Assembly (NCBI RefSeq): GCF_009914755.1
Contig: NC_060945.1
DNA from: the human T2T-CHM13v2.0 reference genome, Homo sapiens
Direction: 5' to 3' (one strand)
Length of the DNA stretch: 64,000 bases
Below, in pieces: positions 44,221 to 57,580 of this stretch. Positions within the stretch are counted from its first letter, which is position 1; every line of letters begins with the position of its first letter. The notes under the pieces are model-generated. The model had not been told where the DNA came from and searched no databases. It saw nothing but the letters and a program-made list of their open reading frames with translations. The position numbers and the translations under genes are program-made.

Positions 44221-44963
44221 CAAACTATAGTTTGCTAACTAGTGTCTTATGTTACAAGTTTGCTAATCATCTCTTTCAGTATTTTTCCATGAGTGCAAAT
44301 TGGCAGCTCTGATAGGCAGGTAGGCCTAAATTTAATGACCTTGGACTTCAGATGTATTACAAGCACAAATTCTATATTTATTGTTTTCTTATGAAAACAC
44401 TAAACAAATATGAAAGAGCAGAATAATTATTTGATAAAGTTTCTATATTTTTAAATGTCATTAATGTATGTAATTTTAGATTAAATTGACTCCTGTGAAT
44501 ATATTACAGAATGCAAATTTTGCTACATTTTTGCAATACATATTGATTAGATTCATTTCTCATATTCTTTTCAGGGATATCACTGATTTCCTTTTTCAGT
44601 TTTCAGTATATTTGAATGATTACTGATTTTGCGTTCTTCATTGATTTTTGTTACACTACTATTTTACTTTCAAATTCTTATTAAGACATTCCAGTTTTTA
44701 ATAATCTCATTGAATATTAGCATGGTTCATTTTAGTTATGTTTATTTTGGAACTTGGTGATATTATTATGGTTGGATTTTTCCTTATTCATCCTTAAATT
44801 ACCAATATAATTTTTATGAAGTTATTTTTTTTCAAACAAGTTAATGTCCATATTTCTGATTTTAGTATATACATTACATATATATGTATATATACAAATA
44901 TTGTGTGTGTGTGTGTCTGTGTGTAAGTGCGTATAGTTGCTTTAATTCCGTTTATATTGAGGG

Positions 44964-45160
44964 ACAGCATGGCCTGCTAAGAACACAGATTCTGATGCCA
45001 GATTGCTTGGGTGAAGATCCTGGTTTTGCTACTTAATAGATGTGTGATCTTGGATAAATTCACTAACTTCACTGTCCCTCATTTTCTGTACAGTAATGCT
45101 AGCCCATTGGGTTGTAACAAAAATTGAAATATTTACTGCATGTAAAGCAGTGAAACATGA
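44964..45160 (+). mobile_element. MIR
   Basis: aagaacacagattctgatgccagattgcttggg...tgtgtgatcttggataaattcactaacttc...catgtaaagcagtgaaaca. Confidence 0.8.
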
Positions 45161-45349
45161 TGAGGGTAGAAGGTTTAATTCATCACATAATAGAGCAGTG
45201 AAATTTGCCTCCTTGTGAAATATTAACCCCTCCGATCATGAAAATATCCTTCCTAAAATGATTTCATAATCATCTAAAAGAGACATTGTTAAGAAGCCCC
45301 AGAAACCGGATGGGAAGTTGAGTCTGCTTTTCTGTAAAATAAGAAAATA

Positions 45350-46449
<1,100 letters not shown>

Positions 46450-47180
46450 CAACAACTATGGAAAACAGTATGAAGTGTTCTCAAACACTAAAAGTAGAAC
46501 TAACATATGATCCAGCAATCCTACTGCTGGGATATATCCAAAAGAAATGAGATTAGTATGTCTATTGAAGCACTATTAATAATGGGCGAGATGCAGAATA
46601 AACCTGTGAGATAGATATATATTATATATATATAAAATATATATTATATATAATATGTATAATATATATAATATATTATATATAATATATTATATGTATA
46701 ATATATATAATATATTATATATAATATACTACATAATAATATATATTATATATAATATATACTATATATAATTATTCATCCGTGTATATTATTCATTCAT
46801 ATAAAAATAACGAAATATTTTCATTTACAACAACCTGGAGAATGGTGGTTACCACAGGTTGGGAAGGGTAGTAGAGATGGGGGAATGAAGAAGATGGTTA
46901 TTGGGTAGAAAAATACCATTAGATAGAAGGAATAACTTATAGTATTCAGTAGCAGCACAGTAGGACAATTACAATTACTAAGAATTTGTAGTATATTTCA
47001 AAATATCTAGAAGAGAAGATTTGGAATGTCCCCAACACAAATAGTGCTAAGTGTATGAGGTTGACAGATATCCCAATTACCTTTATTTGCTCATTAATCA
47101 TTGTATGCATGTATCAAATATCACATATATCCCACAAATATGTATTAATGCAACTGTTATGTATTCATAATTTTTAAAAG
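46450..47180 (+). mobile_element. 3' segment of the L1MA4-like element
   Basis: catatgatccagcaatcctactgctggg; 3' UTR agagaagatttggaatgtccccaacacaa...atatcccaattacc...tgtatgcatgtatcaaatatcaca. Confidence 0.9.
46610..46775. repeat. Near-pure AT low-complexity/(TA)n-derived tract
   Basis: ~165 bp of tataatatatattata variants inside the L1. Confidence 0.95.
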
Positions 47181-48379
47181 CTACAAATCAAAATTTGAGA
47201 AACCTCAAAGCACTGAATAAAATATTTTTAAAATCACTTTCTCTTAAATTTTCAAGAATTTATTAGCTTGGTTTTGCTACTTTACCTTGAAAAACTCATC
47301 TTTCTAATATTTGGAAGTAAATATTAAACCAAGAGAGAAGGTCAGAGAGATCTATGATCTGAAAGTCTAAGAACAATGCAGGAAGAAGCAGCTCATAAAA
47401 ATTAATCTGCAAGTTTGGCTGGTCAGGGGCAGTTTTGAACACAGGCATCTTTGTCTCAAAAGAAAAAGAAAAATCTCTTTTGTAGGAGACTTTATTTTTC
47501 TAGTGCTTTTGAATGTACTAAATCATCTTTAGTTATTTATATTGAGTTTATAATCTTACTGACTCAGTGAAAGAGTTCAAAAAATGAAATAGACTTAGCA
47601 CAACAATGCAACTAGAATCAGCAAAGAAATGAATGTTTTGTTCTGTCAAATCCCATTGCCACAATAGCTCTGCCAATTTGTTTGAAAAATGTACAACCCT
47701 GGGGTTTCGGCACCACTTAACAGCTGAGGGGAACAAAGTGTGTGTAGTGAGATACAAATCTTCTATACCATTAGTTCAATATATTTCTGCATAGCAGCTT
47801 TTCAAAAATTGGAAGCATATTTTGGCACCATGCTGTTTCAAAACAACAACAATAAAATCTGGGAAATATATGCAGAAAGCTGTCAGCCCTTAAAAGTACT
47901 GTTTTTAGTTTCTTTTCCATAGAACTACTGCTTGATTGTCTTAGTTCTTCTTTATCTATTATTCATCCAGATTATATTAACATGGGAACACCAGGTAGAC
48001 TTAAAGTTTATTAAGTGTGTGTGACTCAAAGAATTTTGAACAGGGTGAATAATTCAGTGCTTAATTAAAAATCTATTGACTAATTAGGGTAGGATATATA
48101 GCTTACACAATTTTTGGAAACAAATAAACAACCCCCTCAAAAAAGAACTAGAAAACAGCAATATCACTTCCAGATTACAAAATAAATATCATTGATATTT
48201 TGCTCATTTGAACCAAGGAGTTTTCACATAAGCAGATAGGGTGTTAATTAAGAGTTTTATAAAATAAGCATTTAAGATAAAAGTATTACATGGCTCTACT
48301 GAATGACACTGTTAGAAAACAATGCTATGATAATATCTTAATAAAATATATCTTTATAATAAGAATGTGTCAATAGGAT

Positions 48380-48510
48380 ACTATTGAGTTCAAGAAATTG
48401 TGCTAGTTATTTACATACATTCTTATAATCCTCACACTAATCCCACCTGATTTTTTTTGCCTTTGTTCTTCTGACAAAGAAACTGTGACTGAAAGAGAAT
48501 CGAAAGTCAC
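48380..48510 (-). mobile_element. MIR fragment
   Basis: ttgtgctagttatttacatacattcttataatcctcac...gacaaagaaactgtgactgaaagag. Confidence 0.65.
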
Positions 48511-50299
48511 ATCACTTTAAATTTGTTGGACGCAACATAACAAAAAACAAACAAACAAACAAAACTCCCTAAACCTGTTTGATTTCAATAAATTTTTAAC
48601 ATGGGTAGGAATAGTTACTGCTGGTACTTCTGAGTTATATGGAAATATATATATGAGAAACTAAAGAAAAATAAAACACTGAAGAGATAAAGAAGCAAAC
48701 ACACATTCATATACATTCAATTAATAGTTATAAATTGAGAATAAAACAAATATTTGCTTAGTATCATGAGAGAGGAAAAACTACTCTTTTAAAGAGGATC
48801 CAGTATAAAATGCTTAATAGTTATATTTGAGATATTTGGTTGTAAAATACTGGATATTAAATATAAGATGAGGCTCCTCATTAAATTATTATAATTCATG
48901 TTTTTAAATGTCGAAGCTACAAACACCTAAGCATGTTTGTTGGTGATTATAATGAAATTGTCTACATTTCCAACCGTTTGATTTTGAGATACATCTATTT
49001 TCATGAAATGTAAAATACATTTTGGACCAACTTTATGAACATTAGTAAATCATTCATCTACTCATCTGATTTGCAAATGAAGAAAATGTAAGAGAATGAG
49101 GATTAATTTCTACTGACTCATATGAAAAGCATGGTGGAACCTCAGTTGTGTAACACTAAAGAGAAGTGATTCATCCAAGGATGAGTAGGACCAGAATTAA
49201 AGAGAAGATAATGCAAGTGTATCATTTTCCTCTACAGAGAGTGGGTTAAGGAGGGTATATGACAAATTTGTCCAATCCTATCTAGTTTGGAGGGATGGCA
49301 TCAGAACTCCCAAAAATAAAGGTGATCATATATGGCAGAGAGCGTATTGTCATGAGAAAGGAGAATATTGGTTCATTTAGAGTATGGCTACGAGAGAAAG
49401 AGACCCAGGATCCTCGTTTAAAACAATGGAGCTGACAAAGTCTAGCAAGGTATCATAGATCCCAGCAAGGGATCTTGGTCACAGAAAAGAAAAAAAAATC
49501 AAGTTGCAACAAGAAACTGAACTGCAAATCAGGAATCATGGTGATATTTCACTTAGAAGAAAAATGCATGAATTATCTCTTTCCAAAAGACAGTGAGTGA
49601 GCGTGCAGATTCCCATGGACACTCCTAGGTATTAAACACTGGACTTAGAATACTTTATCTGTCAGACACAGCAATGATCTGCTAAGGAAATAAATAGATC
49701 TGTTTAAAGTCCTTTTTTTCCATGTAGAGGAAAATCTGAAACATCACAAACCCACATAGGATTAAACGTTACCCCCAAAAAACTCAAGAAACTAGGATAT
49801 ATTCCTTCAAAAGGAGGGAAAGTACTTAATTAAGGGTGAGGCTGCCTTTGGAAGACAATGCTAGAGGTATATGACAAAAATGGTTCCCATAGTTGGACTC
49901 GAGTTCTTTTGATGTCATTTGTAATGCCTGACCAAAACTACCAGTCACTAAGAAAAGGATGACATTGAAACAAAAATTACTTATATCTGATGAGTATAGG
50001 ACACTGCTAATAAATGCATTTTTCTTATAATGGTGTATTTATTTAGCAAAGTTATATTGACCATCCAATAGCTGTTAAACCCTAGCTTTAGCCATAGATA
50101 CATAACCCTAGTACTAGTTTTTGGAGAAAAAAGATGACTATAACTCAATCAATATATCTGAACAATTAACACCATTAATCCATGAGATTAATATGTAAAA
50201 TTTATATTTTTAAAACTAGGAAGCTAAGAACAAAATTTTGGTGATTTGTGTAGATATTGTGGACTTATCCACAAGTTTGAACTGTATTTTTTTATTATA

Positions 50300-50835
50300 A
50301 CATCATTTGGCAACAGTAATTCCACTGTTAAATGGTGGTATCTATCTCCAGCAAGTGTTATGATATTAATATTCATAGCGTCATTATTTGTCAGAGTCAA
50401 AAATTAGAAATAATCTGAATGCTCATCTACCCATAAATGGATAAGTAAAATGTGGTTTGTTGATACAATGGACTATTTTTCACCAATAAAAGGGAATGCA
50501 GTACTGTACTAACACAGGTAAAATATGGATGAATGTTAATAACAGTAAGATGACTGAAAGAAAACATTTTAAAAAACTGTAAGTTATATGATATCATATA
50601 CACGAAATGTCCAGAACAGACAAATGCATAGAGTAAATTCATTGTTGCCTAGGGCATGGGGGTTTGGTGGAGAATGAGAGGTGACTGCAAAAGAAAAAGG
50701 GATTTCTTTTTGGGATGATGAAAATATCCTAAAATTTATTGTGGTAATATTTGCACAACTTGTGAATCTACTAAAAACATTGAATTCTACAATTTAATTG
50801 CGCAAATTCTTTAGCCTGTGGATTACTTCTCCATA
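50300..50835 (+). mobile_element. L1MB7/8-like 3' end
   Basis: gaaatgtccagaacagacaaatgcatagag...ttcttttgggatgatgaaaatatcctaaaatt...ttgcacaacttgtgaat. Confidence 0.8.
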
Positions 50836-50924
50836 CAGTTACTGTATATGCACAGCCACGCACATACGCACACACAAATTTACAGGCACCATAGCCACAC
50901 TGTTTTTCTTTTTTGTCTCAAATA

Positions 50925-51110
50925 TTCAACTTACTGATAGTATGATCTTGATTAAGTTACTTAACCTCCCTCTGCCTCATGCCTATCATCTGAACAATGG
51001 GTATACAATTAGTACCTGTTTTGTGGGATTACTGTGAACATTTAAATAAAGTGATACATATATAGACTTTACAGGGATGCCTGGAACAACACCAGAGCTA
51101 AATATATGCA
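50925..51110 (+). mobile_element. MIR
   Basis: tgatcttgattaagttacttaacctccctctgcctcatgcctatcatctgaacaatggg. Confidence 0.75.
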
Positions 51111-52185
51111 TTGTCTTGCTGCTGCTGCTACTTCTACTACTACTATCAGTAGCACAATAAGAATATTATTCTCATCATCATTGTAATTATTATTACAAGT
51201 CCAACCCTGCTCATTTAATCCATGGAAAAGGTATCTCACCTCCTGTTACTGTAACTACTACATATGTTGATTAAGTTGTAGCTACATTTCTACCTATAAC
51301 CAGTCAATACTTTTTAAAATCAGTTACAAAAGAAATCCTTGTCCCAGGACTTCGACCCATACTTTTTTGTGAAAAGACTAACATCTTATTCCATATAAAA
51401 TGGGAAGTTGTATTTTCTCCAACTAATGCAATGTGAATATTATGTGCACACTCTGCTCAATTAAAGCCAACAGTATTGGGCTAGATAATAGCTCTCGTTG
51501 CACACCAGCTCACTGTATATTTCCAAGTCGGATGGCAGACTTAGAATATCAGCTTTATGGCAAGAATATGGGATAGTAACACAGCCACCAGGAGACTGAC
51601 TATAACTACTTAAATTTTTTCACATAAAATCCTCAGGATATAGTATCTCCAAAGAGAAAAAGCAAAATCTTTAACTATTATAGTCTCTACTCTTTTATCT
51701 TCACATCTCTGTAAGTCTTGGTTTAGGCTAAATGCATCATTAATCTTTAACATATCCACCTAAGAACACAATTAAAGTCAAATAGAATAATGAGTGGCAT
51801 TACAAGGAATACAAAGTAGCACACCCAAGAATGCTTTCAACTATTCCATATGCTGCCTAATCACGCACACCCGCTAACTTGCACAGTGCCAGACCTAGAA
51901 AAAAAATTAACTCTTTGGTGAATAAGAATCAGAATCTTTGAATTAGCCAATTAATTTTGAAAATAAAGGCAATGACCGGAAATATTAAATATTAAGTATT
52001 TTGAGGCACTAATTATTCCATAAGGCTTTATATTCATAACATATTTTTAAATCTCTTATTTTGATTTCAAAAAACATGACTTTAGTCACAAATATACTAT
52101 TTACTAATTGAGTAACATTGACTGAAATCTTTATCTCTAGGAATCTCAATTTCCCAAACTGTTATATGCAGGAAATGAATTATAT

Positions 52186-52303
52186 CAATGGCTCTCAATC
52201 TTTAGTCTGTATCAGAACCACGTGGAACAGAGCCTGAGATCTACACATACAGATGTGTTTTAAAGTCATTGTTCCAATGTACAACCAGAATTGGGAACTA
52301 CTA
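52186..52303. mobile_element. MER5-type hAT-Charlie MITE, internally deleted
   Basis: Terminal inverted-repeat relics caatggctctcaa...ttgggaactacta; internal gtatcagaaccacgtgg. Confidence 0.55.
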
Positions 52304-52722
52304 CTGAGGTAAATAATATTCGATATCTATCCCAGTTCTGTAAGTCTAAGGGTTTTTATCTGTGTAGACAACCTGACTCAGTTCTCAATAATAATACTCT
52401 TCAGAGAAGACTAAGTTTAAGTGATTACTAGAACTACCTTGGCAAAGCATTTAAAGAATTGCACTGCTTTTATTTTACTTCCAAAATGAAGGCAAATAAA
52501 TAAAGGAAAATAGTATTTGGCTTATGTTACCTTAACAAAAACAAAAGGCTGCAATGGAGACAATAAAATAAATAAATAAAAACCTCTAAAATCTACCATT
52601 ATATGATATCCTTCCCAATACATAAATTAAAAAAAAAAACACTGTAGAGGAAAAAGCAATATTTTGAAATGATATGCTTTTCTTTGTTTGTCTTCAAACA
52701 ATTACATCTTCATCATAATGGT

Positions 52723-53089
52723 TGTATTAGTCTGTTTTTACACTGCTATAAAGAATTGCCTGAGACTGAGTAACATATAAAGAAAAAAGTTTTAATTGAC
52801 CACAGTTTCACAGGCTTAATAGGAAGCATGACTGGGAAACTTAGAATCATGGCAGAAGAGGAAGGGGAAGCAAGGATCTTCTTCACATGGTAGCAGGAGA
52901 GAGAGCACAAAGGGGGACACGCTACACACTTTCAAACAACGAGATCTCCTGAGAACTCTATCGGGAGAACAGCAAGAGGGAAGTTCACCCCTATGATTCA
53001 ATCAGCTCCCACCGGGCTTCTCCCCTGACACATGAGGAATTACAATTGGATGAGAGATTTGGGTGGGGACACACAGACAAACCATATCA
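52723..53089 (-). mobile_element. MSTA-like solo LTR
   Basis: tgtattagtctgtttttacactgctataaag...caggcttaataggaagcatg...gagatttgggtggggacacacagacaaaccatatca. Confidence 0.92.
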
Positions 53090-54595
53090 ACTGTCATGGA
53101 CTTAAACAATTGTCTTTGAATTGTCTTTTTTCATACTTTTATTTGCATCTTTTCACTAAAAAGATGACACAAAGTAATCCTAGTTTACATTTTTTACCAT
53201 GTAATTCCATATTACTTTTTCCTGAAAGTTACTTATTTTTAAATCTCAAAGCTCTTCATACTTATGGTTTGATCTGCACTTACAACTGGATCTCAGAAAG
53301 ATTGAATTCTCCCATCATACCAAGTTCATGTCTCTCACTCTTAATATTTGTTCCCAAGACAACAATTTAACTTCTTTCTCTATTATTATTTCTTCCCTTT
53401 ATTTTAATGCAAACCAAATGTTAATATTTCCTTCTTTAGATCAATTGAAATCACCTCAAACCTCTGTTTTTCTCTAAAATGTCTCAGGCCTAACAACTAC
53501 ATATGAAGATATGTTTAAAATACAATATAGGGCTTGGGATATCATTTTATATGTTACTCTTGATTGCACTAAGCCAAACAAGTTACAGGAAAAATCAAGG
53601 GCCGAATTTTTAATGAAGAGGGATTTGGCTCAGATTCGACTGAGTTTTCCCACATTCCTCCCAACCACATGATTGCAAATAAATGGTATACGAGTTCCCT
53701 GACAGTGTCTGCTTAAGACACTACCTTCCTTTCTCTATTTTCTGCCCTCACTCACTTACTACCACACCCTACCCAGCTCAGGAGATGACACCTTATTTTT
53801 AATTTGACTTTCCCTAAATATCAGCACGTTGGGTGCAAAGATAAGCTAGTCAGTTCCTTCAGCTAGTCCCTGACAACGCAGCAACTGACCCTTGGCTCTC
53901 TCATCCCTTCCTCTGCTTCTGAAAAGATTCAGTACATTTTCTCCAGCTCTGGAAATATCCAGAGGCTTCAAACACCTTTATCTTTAGAAAGCATAGGCTA
54001 CTGAATAGTATTAACTCATTCTTCCCCAAGCAGATAAAGGCTGTCTTCCAAACTGAGACCTGGCAGTTGACCATGGATGACTTATCCTCAGCAGAACACA
54101 AAACTTAGGTTTGAGAGGGAGGACTTTTGCTTTAACTTGAATAGCTCCTTTTACCGGAAACATTTTTCAGTTTCTGTTTTGGCAAAGATCTTTTCTGTCC
54201 ATGAGACATGCAGAGAAATAGCACACCTGCCTAGGCATAGTAAGTAGCACTTTGCCCACACTGATTGAACATCCTTTGACTTTGTAAGTGTACAGTTGCC
54301 TATTAGATAGTGGCAGAAATTGCATCTTGAAAAGCTTAAATAACCTGCCCTCTATCACAGCTAGAAGGCTATGTGGCCAATTATATAGCCTTATTTCACC
54401 CCGGTTGTGTACCTGCACCAAATCCTATGGCTTGAAGCAATCTGAATGATTTTGTTTTAATTTGGCTTGTGCTGTTTCTCCTTTCTCCTCAAACAATCAT
54501 TTGAGATACTCTTTTGTATCAAGTCTGGGAAGTCTTTGTGTCCACTGATTCACTTATGGATAAGAATCTTATGAGGCTCAGGATGACTTGTAGTC

Positions 54596-54899
54596 CTTTT
54601 TATTTATTTCTTTTTTCTATGTTTCTTTTTTCTTTTCCTTTTTTTTTGAGACAGAGTCTCATTCTGTTGCCCAGGCTGGAGTACAATGGCAAGATCATAG
54701 CTCACTCTATCCTTGACATCCTGGGTACAAGCAATCCTCACATTTCAGCCTCCTAAGTAGCTGGGACTACAGGCATGTGCCACCATGCCTGGCTACCTTT
54801 TGTATTTTTTGTAGAGATGGGTTTTCACCATGTTGCCCATGCTGAGCTCAAACTCCTGAGCTCAAGCAATCCACTTGCCACAGCCTCCCAAAGTGCTGG
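54596..54899 (-). mobile_element. AluJ, main part (head displaced to 56444-56471)
   Basis: J diagnostics gatcatagctcact and aactcctgagctcaagcaatcc; stops at aaagtgctgg. Confidence 0.92.
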
Positions 54900-56443
54900 T
54901 GCCACAGGATCCCTGGGGTGTTGCTTTGCCAGTTGGAAACCTTTGTGGTCTCTGACATCTTTGCCCAAGTTTTGCTCAGCCCACTGGGCTCATTCTGCCC
55001 ACTCAGCCTGGCAGGCTGCACTTGGTTTGCACTACTAGCCTGGATCTTTGCTTGCCAAGGACAAGCCAGATGCAGAGTGGTGAGGGGTGCATCAGTGAGC
55101 GACTGTGGGGTTCAGCTGCTGCGCACAGCCAGGCACACCAGCTGCAGCAGGGTGGGCAGCTCCAGACACTGACATGGGTGCCAGCTCCCTGCAACGCTAT
55201 GGCTGGACCAGGCATACGGCAAGTACCTTCCACTGCTGGCACCAGGGAATGCAATGGTGCCCAGAAGCTTGGAGATCAAGGAACCACAGAGCCCCAAGGA
55301 AGGTGTCACAGCCCTGATTCAGGGAGTTTCTAGATCTGGGCTCCCTGAAGGACCACAGCTCTTCTCTTCTTCTCTCTTCTCTCCTTCTTGTCACCTGCAA
55401 TGTGGTAAGTGAGGGGTGTTTCAGCCCTGTTTATGTTATAGCTCTTTCAGTCCTGCCATTCGGTGTGTCCCAAGTTTTTGTACCACATCCAGGAAGAATG
55501 AGGCACATGAACACCTGGAGGGTGAGCAAGGTAAAGAGGTGCTTTACTGAGCCAAGTACATCTCTCAGGAGACCTGAAGTGGGTAGTTCCTTTCCACAGG
55601 CAGGTCTTCCAAGGAATGTAGCTCTCAGCTGAGAGGAGACCCACAGTGGGTAACTCCTCTCTGCAAGCAGGTTGTCCCAATGTCTGTCTGAGTCTTGCTG
55701 AGTCCAAGGTTTTTATGTGTTTCAGAGGGGAGGAAGTGCATGCTGATTGGTCCATGAGTTGTCATGGGCAGGCCCAGAAAAAGCACCATAAGTTCTCACT
55801 CTGGTCCATGGAGCTGGCAGCCCAGCCCCCAGGCTTCAGGCCATCCCTGGCTTGAAAGTGAGGCTTCACAAGGACCTCCCCTTTCCACCCAGGAGCCTGT
55901 CTGTCTCCGGCTGCCATCCCTGGTGCCTATGCTGTTCCTGCTGAGGGGCACCTGCAGGCCCGTGCCAAGCTCTCCTCAGATACCCCTCTGGCTCCCTCCT
56001 GTGCTCCTCCACACCCAAAGACTGGAGGAAGCCTAGGTGACAGGGGACGGTTGTGTCAGTGGGGCCCCAAGGGCATGCACACTGAGCCGGGTTGTGATAG
56101 TGCCCAGGCTTGGCCTCAACTTTGCTCCCAAATAAGAGCAGGTGCTGGGAGTGGGGAGAGGTGCAGAGTGGGGAGAGGCTGGGAAGTGGGAGCAGACATT
56201 TCCAAGCCTGCTGGGGCAGATGGAAATTCCTGGGCATGAATGCCCAGGTTCACAGCCAATGCTGGGTCCTGAAGCTGTGCCTTGGAGAATGGAGGTTCTG
56301 CAGCCTCTAACTTGGAAGGGGACAGGGCATCTGCCTGTTCCTAGCCCCACTGGCTCTGTGGAGTGCTCAGCCTCAGCTTCGCCATCCCCTCTGCAACCAT
56401 CATCTTCACAGCAGCCACTCCAGACAGGCCACTGCTGCCAACA
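54900..56443 (-). mobile_element. MER52-like ERV1 solo LTR (~1.54 kb)
   Basis: tgccacaggatccctggggtgttgc...ccactgctgccaaca; TG...CA termini; 4-bp TSD ctgg/ctag; GC-rich and CpG-decayed. Confidence 0.88.
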
Positions 56444-56471
56444 CTAGGATTATAGGCATCACACTCAGCAC
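56444..56471 (-). mobile_element. AluJ head remnant
   Basis: ctaggattataggcat...actcagca continues the Alu at the point where it broke at 54899. Confidence 0.8.
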
Positions 56472-57215
56472 TTTTTATTTCTTTTAAGGGGCATTCAAGG
56501 CTCCAAAATAAAATAGGATCTATGATTACTTTAATATTGAGTATCTTCAAAGAAGATATGAACATTAAGTTCCAGTATGACACTTGTTGTCTGTGACACA
56601 GGCAAGGATGGCCCCATTTTATTTTATCACGAAAGTCATATTTATTTTTAAATTTCTCCATTGATTTCATAATTGTTAAGAATTGTTTTTAAAACAGATT
56701 TTATTGAATAAATACTTTCACCTCAATTTTAAAATTAACCAGATTTAAGTAAATAAGAATGATAGCTTGTTTAAATAAAAATCAGATTTCTAGTTGATAA
56801 AACGCTTTAATTCCAACCAAAACAAAGGGATACTTATTTTCCATAATCCTTGCATGCTTTGTTTTTGAAACAAATTTAAAAATATATATTTAATTAATTT
56901 TTTTTGGAAAATTGAGTCAGACCCTTATCATTGACTGAAGGTGCAAACAATCTGGAATGAACCTGTGGTTGTAATGTTTCCTTACCTAGAGGTTCCTATG
57001 GAATGTCTTGTTACTATAAAAATAATTCCTTTTGTTTGACATGATAGGGCCTTTCATTTCCTAAACATAATTTCTCATTAAAAAATTACCCTCTCCATCA
57101 ATAACAGTGTTTCTCTAGTAATAGGTTTCATGTGTGGTATTTTAAAAAACAATGTCAGAGACTGATTCTGGTTAAACAACTGCTGCTTTGGAAATATCGT
57201 ACTAAGGAATATATA

Positions 57216-57580
57216 GAGATGCTCCTCTACTTACCATGGAGTTACATCTGGCAAAATCCATCATAAATTGAAAATGTTCTAAGTCAAAAATGCATTTCAT
57301 CCACCTAACTTCTTAAACATCATAGCTTAGCCTAGACTACCTTAAATGTACTCAGAACACTTACATTAGCCTACAGTTGGACAACATCATCTAACGCAAA
57401 AACCATTTTATAATAAAATATTGAATATCTCATGTTACTTACTGAAGACTATACTGAGCATGAAAAACAGAATGGGTAAATGGGTACTTAAAGTACAATT
57501 TTTTATTCAATGTATTATTTTCAGATCATCATAAATTTGAAAAACTGTAAGTGGAAAAATTGTAAGTCAGGGACTATCTG
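57216..57580 (+). mobile_element. MER47A (TcMar-Tigger MITE), full length
   Basis: TIRs gagatgctcctctacttac...gtaagtcagggactatctg; TA on both sides; catagcttagcctagactaccttaaa core. Confidence 0.9.

Noticed and set aside
54775-56670. Dense ORF cluster on both strands, suggesting a gene or CpG island
   Set aside because: It lies almost wholly within a GC-rich, CpG-depleted MER52-like LTR and an Alu; no recognisable protein.
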